Source of the DNA: an uncultured Prevotella sp.
Lineage (GTDB): Bacteria > Bacteroidota > Bacteroidia > Bacteroidales > Bacteroidaceae
Direction of reading: 5' to 3'
DNA length: 62,565 nt
Assembly (NCBI GenBank): GCA_947174835.1
Contig: CAMWKM010000001.1
Span: forward strand, 1-62,565
Part shown: positions 56,849-62,565 of the stretch, in pieces
How positions within the stretch are numbered: position 1 is the stretch's first letter
Layout: each line of letters begins with the position of its first letter
The notes under the pieces: generated by a model
Told to the model about the DNA's origin: nothing
Database searches by the model: none
The model's input: the letters and a program-made list of their open reading frames with translations, nothing else
Made by a program: the position numbers and the translations under genes

Positions 56849-58975
56849 TTACACCAGATCTGCACGGCCCTTCACTTCCTCAAGTACGGCCTTGGCAATA
56901 GCACTGCTCAGAGGAGCGTGATGATCGTACTCCATAGAACTGGTGGCACGACCAGAAGTGATGGTACGCAGAGCGGTTACATAACCGAACATCTCAGACA
57001 GGGGCACCTGAGCTTTCACTACACGGGCACCGCTGCGAGCCTCTTCCATACCTTCCACCTGACCACGACGCTTGTTCAGGTCACCGATAACGTCACCCAT
57101 GTTCTCCTCAGGTGTAACCACCTCAAGTTTCATGATGGGCTCCATCAGTACAGGCTTAGCCTTGGCACAAGCTTCCTTATAGGCCATCTGGGCTGCGATC
57201 TCGAACGAAAGCTGGTCAGAGTCAACAGGGTGGAAACCACCATCGACTACAGTCACCTTCAGCGAATCCACAGGATAGCCACCAAGAATACCAGTCTTCA
57301 TGGCTGCATCAAAGCCCTTCTGGATAGAGGGAATGAACTCCTTAGGAATATTACCACCCTTCACTTCATTGACGAACTGCAGACCAGGATTGTTCTTCAG
57401 ATCGTAATCCTCATCAACAGGACCAACTTTGACAAGCATCTTGGCGTACTTACCACGACCACCCGACTGCTTTTTGTAGACCTCTTCGATCTCCACTTCC
57501 TTCGTAATGGCCTCCTTGTAGTTCACCTGAGGCTTACCCTGATTACACTCAACCTTGAATTCACGCTTCAAACGGTCAATGATAATATCGAGGTGCAACT
57601 CACCCATACCAGAGATAATGGTCTGACCACTCTGCTCATCAGTACGGACGGTGAATGTGGGATCCTCCTCTGCCAACTTAGCCAGACCATTGTCCAACTT
57701 GGCAATATCAGCCTGAGACTTAGGTTCAACGGCAATAGAAATCACCGTATCAGGGAAGGTCATAGACTCCAGCACGATGGGCTTTTCCTCATCACAGAGG
57801 GTATCACCAGTACGAATATCCTTGAAACCTACACCTGCACCGATATCACCAGCATCAATAGAATCCATAGGAATCTCCTTGTTAGAGTTCATCTGGAACA
57901 GACGGCTGATGCGCTCCTTTTTGCCCGAACGGGGATTGAAGACGTATGAACCAGCCTTCACGCTACCAGAGTAGACGCGGAAGAACACCAGACGTCCCAT
58001 GTAGGGATCGGTAGCAATCTTGAATGCCAAAGCTGCAGTGGGCTCATCCTCACTGGGCTTGCGCTCCTCTTCCTCCTCTGTGCCAGGGTTGGTACCCTTA
58101 ATCACCTCCACGTCAACGGGAGCGGGCAGGAAGGCGCAGACATAGTCAAGCAGAGACTGCACACCCTTGTTCTTATAAGAAGAACCACAGAGCATCGGAG
58201 TGCAAGCCATTGAGATAGTACCCTTGCGGATAGCAGCGATAATCTCCTCCTCAGTGATTGAGGCGGGATCATCAAAATACTTCTCCATCAGAGCCTCGTC
58301 GAACTCGGCAGCGGCCTCAAGCAACTTACCACGCCACTCGTCGCACTCGTCCTGCAGATCGGCCGGAATCTCCTCAATGTCATACTCAGCACCCATCGTC
58401 TCATCATGCCACAGGATAGCCTTCATCTTGATCAGGTCAACCAAACCTTTGAAGTTCTCCTCTGCACCGATAGGCACCTGAATAACAACGGGGTTAGCAC
58501 CCAGAATGTCCTTCATCTGCTGAACAGTCTCGAAGAAGTCGGCACCCGAACGGTCCATCTTGTTCACATAGCCGATACGAGGTACATTGTACTTGTCGGC
58601 CTGACGCCATACAGTCTCTGACTGAGGCTGCACACCGTCAGCAGCAGAATAGGTAGCCACGGCTCCGTCCAGGACGCGCAGTGAACGCTCCACCTCAGCG
58701 GTAAAGTCCACGTGTCCCGGAGTATCAATTAGATTGATCTTATACTTGTTCTTGTTCCACTCCCAATAGCAGGTCGTAGCTGCCGAGGTAATGGTAATAC
58801 CGCGCTCCTGCTCCTGTGCCATCCAGTCCATAGTGGCTGCACCATCGTGCACCTCACCAATCTTATGGGTCTTACCCGTATAGAACAGGATACGCTCAGA
58901 AGTTGTCGTCTTACCGGCATCGATGTGAGCCATGATACCGATGTTGCGCGTCAAATGCAAATCTTGTTTTGCCAT
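56849..58975 (-). CDS. fusA: Elongation factor G
   Basis: [33 protein letters not shown]. Confidence 0.99.
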   Translation of the reverse strand: MAKQDLHLTRNIGIMAHIDAGKTTTSERILFYTGKTHKIGEVHDGAATMDWMAQEQERGITITSAATTCYWEWNKNKYKINLIDTPGHVDFTAEVERSLRVLDGAVATYSAADGVQPQSETVWRQADKYNVPRIGYVNKMDRSGADFFETVQQMKDILGANPVVIQVPIGAEENFKGLVDLIKMKAILWHDETMGAEYDIEEIPADLQDECDEWRGKLLEAAAEFDEALMEKYFDDPASITEEEIIAAIRKGTISMACTPMLCGSSYKNKGVQSLLDYVCAFLPAPVDVEVIKGTNPGTEEEEERKPSEDEPTAALAFKIATDPYMGRLVFFRVYSGSVKAGSYVFNPRSGKKERISRLFQMNSNKEIPMDSIDAGDIGAGVGFKDIRTGDTLCDEEKPIVLESMTFPDTVISIAVEPKSQADIAKLDNGLAKLAEEDPTFTVRTDEQSGQTIISGMGELHLDIIIDRLKREFKVECNQGKPQVNYKEAITKEVEIEEVYKKQSGGRGKYAKMLVKVGPVDEDYDLKNNPGLQFVNEVKGGNIPKEFIPSIQKGFDAAMKTGILGGYPVDSLKVTVVDGGFHPVDSDQLSFEIAAQMAYKEACAKAKPVLMEPIMKLEVVTPEENMGDVIGDLNKRRGQVEGMEEARSGARVVKAQVPLSEMFGYVTALRTITSGRATSSMEYDHHAPLSSAIAKAVLEEVKGRADLV

Positions 58976-59033
58976 TGTCCTTGTTTTATCCTTTTTACTT
59001 TTTGTCTTTTAGGCACTTCGCCTGATAAACTTT

Positions 59034-59510
59034 TTAGAAACGGAAGTGAGCGAATGCACGGTTAGCCTCAGCCATACGGTGCATATCCTCCTTACGCTTG
59101 AAGGCACCACCCTGATTATTGAAGGCATCCATAATCTCAGCAGCCAGTTTGTCGGCCATCGACTTGCCACTGCGCTTGCGGGCAAATGAGATCATGTTCT
59201 TCATAGAGATGCTCTCCTTACGATCGGGACGAATCTCTGTGGGCACCTGAAACGTAGCACCACCGATACGACGGCTCTTCACCTCCACCTGAGGAGTGAT
59301 ATTATCCAGAGCCTGCTTCCAGATTTCCAGAGGAGCTTTTTCGGCATCCTTCATCTTACCCTTCACTATCTCCAGTGAATTGTAGAAAATCTCATACGAC
59401 TTTGATTTCTTACCGTCGTACATCAGATGGTTAACGAACTTCGACACTTTCTGGTCGTTGAACACGGGATCCGGCAGGATCACACGCTTCTTTGGTTTTG
59501 CTTTTCTCAT
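59034..59510 (-). CDS. rpsG: 30S ribosomal protein S7
   Basis: [29 protein letters not shown]. Confidence 0.99.
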   Translation of the reverse strand: MRKAKPKKRVILPDPVFNDQKVSKFVNHLMYDGKKSKSYEIFYNSLEIVKGKMKDAEKAPLEIWKQALDNITPQVEVKSRRIGGATFQVPTEIRPDRKESISMKNMISFARKRSGKSMADKLAAEIMDAFNNQGGAFKRKEDMHRMAEANRAFAHFRF

Positions 59511-59666
59511 TGTTGTTTAATAAATGATTTTGTCTGCTTGGGGTTGTCCTTTGTCTGTTCTTCAACGCCACGCTCTCGGGCATTTACTCAACCTTATACT
59601 TAAAGATTCTCCAGCAAAACGGTTTTTCTTTTCTTTTCGAAGAACCTGGCCTTCACCGGTCAGGAT

Positions 59667-60047
59667 TTATTTCTTCTGCTTAGGACGCTTGGCACCGTAC
59701 TTCGAACGGCGCTGTGTGCGGCTGGCAACACCGGCGGTGTCGAGTGTGCCGCGAACGATATGATAACGAACACCGGGAAGGTCCTTCACACGACCGCCAC
59801 GAACCAGCACGATGCTGTGCTCCTGCAAGTTGTGTCCCTCTCCAGGAATGTAACTATTGACTTCCTTCTGGTTAGTCAAACGAACACGGGCTACCTTACG
59901 CATAGCCGAATTAGGCTTCTTGGGAGTGGTCGTGTAGACACGCACGCACACACCACGACGCTGAGGACAGTTGTCCAGCGCGGGTGACTTCGACTTGTCT
60001 ACGATCACCTTTCTGCCTTTGCGAACCAATTGTGAAATTGTAGGCAT
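59667..60047 (-). CDS. rpsL: 30S ribosomal protein S12
   Basis: [31 protein letters not shown]. Confidence 0.99.
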   Translation of the reverse strand: MPTISQLVRKGRKVIVDKSKSPALDNCPQRRGVCVRVYTTTPKKPNSAMRKVARVRLTNQKEVNSYIPGEGHNLQEHSIVLVRGGRVKDLPGVRYHIVRGTLDTAGVASRTQRRSKYGAKRPKQKK

Positions 60048-60134
60048 AATTACTTTTGTTTTTATTTATTTATATTATTGTGATATATTCGACATTATAC
60101 AATGCCCCCATTTTCACAAGGGCATTTCGGGCTG

Positions 60135-60142
60135 CAAAGGTA
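60135..60142 (-). promoter_or_regulatory. -7 element TACCTTTG of the str operon
   Basis: TAnnTTTG 87 bp upstream of the rpsL ATG. Confidence 0.65.
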
Positions 60143-60305
60143 CAACTTTTCCACAAAAACTCCTAATTTATATTTCTCCAACAAAGAAAAAACTGCCATC
60201 TATTAACAAAATATAACTGTTTTACAAATCGTTAACCCTGAAAACATACCAATTAGGGTATTATTTGTGCTATAATTTAAGGTCTTGAGATGCAGGCGTG
60301 CCGTC

Positions 60306-62075
60306 TTATCTGACAACAATCCGACTGATGACCTGACCGTCGGTCATCACCATTCGTTCAATGTAAGACCCATGAGCAGCGGGCTGCACGTGTTGCCCCT
60401 TCATATTATAATAAGTAACAGACTGCACATTTTGTGAATCAGTCTGTGGAGTGCAGATGGCCGTCACTTCACCCATGCGGCGAATGTTGGCATATCCTAT
60501 CACCAAATCAGCCCATGCAGCATCAGCTGTATAGAAAGACAGCATATAACGGCCTTTTTCATGAATATCGAAAGTCAGCGATTGCAGCGTAGTACCGGAA
60601 AAATTTTTCGATGGCGAATTACCAACATTGGCAGTCGGAGTGAAGGTTTCCGCTCCTATCCGCTGACCATCAACGGTCTCAACAGCCATTGTGACAGGCG
60701 AGAAATTAGCCTGATTCCAGTTAGCCACACGGCATTGCACACGATAGTTACCGGGATGAAGCATCAGCGTGGTCTGGGTCGACTTGTCGGCATAGCGAGC
60801 ATAGCCAGCCTGTTTACCACCTGTGACATTACGCGTATAAAGCCCCCATTCAAAATCTTTCTTCGCACCAGTGAAATGAAAGACACGACTACCAGAGGAA
60901 TAACCCGACGAGAAACCGACACGTCGTTCGCTACCATCATAAGTTACCCAACCATCGGGCACACAGCCCTCGTCAGTGAACACCTTATGCAACAGATAGG
61001 TAACGGTAGGTTCAAGGACATTGACCGTCACCTGACCACTGCCTGTACGCCCTTCGTCGTCGGTTGCCACAGCACGCAGCGTGTGCTCTCCCTTCTCCAA
61101 TCCCTGTACCACATAGGTATAAGGTGCCTGATCGAAAGTAGCCAGCAACTGATTGCCGTCATAGAAAGAAACGCTGACCACCTGACCATCCGGATCATTA
61201 GCCGTAGCAGTGAGAGCAATATCGGGTATCTCAGAGGCTCCACCCAGAGTCACATATTCCAGACCGGGCTTAGGAGAAGTAATGCGCACGACAGGATCTT
61301 TCATCTCCAATGAGTAGCGTTTGCAGAATTTCCATATCTCATCACCAGTGAGCACATTATAATCGTTGGAGATCCAATGCCCCTTGTCAGCCATTTCCAT
61401 CAGCACCACCTCGACACCATCATTGCCGGGCCCCCAAGTATGACGGGTGATATGAGGCGCATTGCGATATTTCTTCACCACCGTAGCCTTCGTGGGACAG
61501 CCGTTATGATTGATCCAAGCATTGAGTGCTCCCTGCACGCCACTGAAATTCACCACATCATCGCCTGTGCCATGAGTATGGATAATGGGGATAGGACGCA
61601 CCTTGCTGTCAGCCGTAGTGCCATACATGGGATAGCCACTGATAGGAGCAAAGGCGGCAATCAGATCGGAAATACGGTTCATGGCGTGATAGGTAAACAT
61701 TCCTCCCATAGAGAATCCCGACAGATAGACGCGGTTGCGGTCAATCTTATACTTAGTGACCATCTCGTCAATGAGTGCCTTCACATAGTTAATGTCACGA
61801 TCGCCTGAAATATCCCAGCCCTTATCAATGCCATTTGGAAAGACGGTGACAAACTTAGCCGTGTCGGCTACGGTCTCAATCTTCAGCATCCCCTTCTGGT
61901 AATTTGCATCCTGATTCATGCCATGACAGGAGATCAGCAGCGGACGATTCTCTCCTAAGTCCTTGGGAGCATAGACGATATAGTTGCGCACCGTGCCGTT
62001 CACGGTGATGTTATCGGCTGCAGCCGCACTGACCACCAGGGTCAGTGCAGCCGCAAAAAAGAATTTTATCTTCAT
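60306..62075 (-). CDS. Secreted CE1/PHB-depolymerase-like (feruloyl/acetyl) esterase + Ig-like + unknown module + T9SS CTD
   Basis: PLLISCHG, DRNRVYLSGFSMGG, HGTGDDVV, GHW; ATANDPDG..FYDG..APYTY Ig domain; YYNMKGQ tail. Confidence 0.82.
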   Translation of the reverse strand: MKIKFFFAAALTLVVSAAAADNITVNGTVRNYIVYAPKDLGENRPLLISCHGMNQDANYQKGMLKIETVADTAKFVTVFPNGIDKGWDISGDRDINYVKALIDEMVTKYKIDRNRVYLSGFSMGGMFTYHAMNRISDLIAAFAPISGYPMYGTTADSKVRPIPIIHTHGTGDDVVNFSGVQGALNAWINHNGCPTKATVVKKYRNAPHITRHTWGPGNDGVEVVLMEMADKGHWISNDYNVLTGDEIWKFCKRYSLEMKDPVVRITSPKPGLEYVTLGGASEIPDIALTATANDPDGQVVSVSFYDGNQLLATFDQAPYTYVVQGLEKGEHTLRAVATDDEGRTGSGQVTVNVLEPTVTYLLHKVFTDEGCVPDGWVTYDGSERRVGFSSGYSSGSRVFHFTGAKKDFEWGLYTRNVTGGKQAGYARYADKSTQTTLMLHPGNYRVQCRVANWNQANFSPVTMAVETVDGQRIGAETFTPTANVGNSPSKNFSGTTLQSLTFDIHEKGRYMLSFYTADAAWADLVIGYANIRRMGEVTAICTPQTDSQNVQSVTYYNMKGQHVQPAAHGSYIERMVMTDGQVISRIVVR

Positions 62076-62094
62076 TGTCTTTATACTGTTTTAA

Positions 62095-62565
62095 CTATTT
62101 AACAACTACCTTACGGCCATGATGGATGTAGACACCCTTACGCGGACGCTCCACCTGTTGGCCATTCAAATTATAATAGCGGTCATCCACCGGCGTATTG
62201 ACACTGACTGCCGGAACGGAGAGCGCAACCTTTGGCGTGAGGTAAGCCGAAGTCAAACGAATAGAATTGTTGCCCCAGTCAACCTTTATAGCATTCAGAT
62301 GAACGAAATCATCGTTACGTGGCCTGCCATCGGTATCGGCCATCTTACTCAACTCTTCGAGCGGCAAGACAATAGCCTGTAGTTTACGATCCCAATAAGG
62401 ATTATCACTATTGAAGGAAACGACAATCTGCTTCCACGGCCCATGAGCCACTAAGCGGTTAGCCAAGATGCGCAAACCAGTGCCCGACCCACGCAACACG
62501 AGTTTATCATACTGGCTGAGATCGGCAAAGTGATTCTCCTCAACCCCTACAAACCCGTCAATGAC
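62095..62565 (-). CDS. 3' end of a T9SS-secreted protein (gene starts beyond the window)
   Basis: Frame open to the window edge (VIDGFVGVEENHFADLSQYDKLVLRG..); ends YYNLNGQQVERPRKGVYIHHGRKVVVK. Confidence 0.8.
   Translation of the reverse strand, partial: VIDGFVGVEENHFADLSQYDKLVLRGSGTGLRILANRLVAHGPWKQIVVSFNSDNPYWDRKLQAIVLPLEELSKMADTDGRPRNDDFVHLNAIKVDWGNNSIRLTSAYLTPKVALSVPAVSVNTPVDDRYYNLNGQQVERPRKGVYIHHGRKVVVK

Noticed and set aside
56780-57949. 389-aa plus-strand ORF
   Set aside because: Antisense shadow of fusA; no recognisable motifs
59900-59930. Streptomycin-resistance change in S12
   Set aside because: PKKPNS and RVKDLPG motifs are wild-type

Overview
Chromosomal region of a Prevotellaceae-type Bacteroidota bacterium (TAnnTTTG -7 promoters, Prevotella-style T9SS C-terminal domains, rpsL-rpsG-fusA-rpsJ without tuf). 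About 56 kb is a dense hemicellulose (glucuronoarabinoxylan) degradation cluster. It holds GH10 x2, GH5, GH98, several GH43, GH3, GH31, GH67, GH97, GH115, CE1/CE6/CE15/SASA esterases, PL11, a GPH/MFS sugar transporter, a FucI-related isomerase, an ECF sigma factor and a Cache-domain kinase pair. No SusC/SusD is present in the window. The str operon plus rpsJ follows, then more T9SS-type enzymes. Main observations: (1) the MFS transporter appears to have its helices re-ordered (TM1-5, TM8-11, TM6-7, TM12) with membrane topology preserved; (2) a TGAAACAT-N13-TGAAACAT-like direct repeat sits 29-30 bp upstream of the -7 box of four operons; (3) a 198-bp array with 11/22/44-bp periodicity lies upstream of the GH98 operon; (4) an unannotated ~165-aa module is shared by two unrelated secreted enzymes; (5) a His-less pseudokinase is coupled to a kinase; (6) a likely XylA-II-type xylose isomerase; (7) rpsJ is detached from rplC. 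Family assignments come from recognised motifs and recall; no database searches were run.
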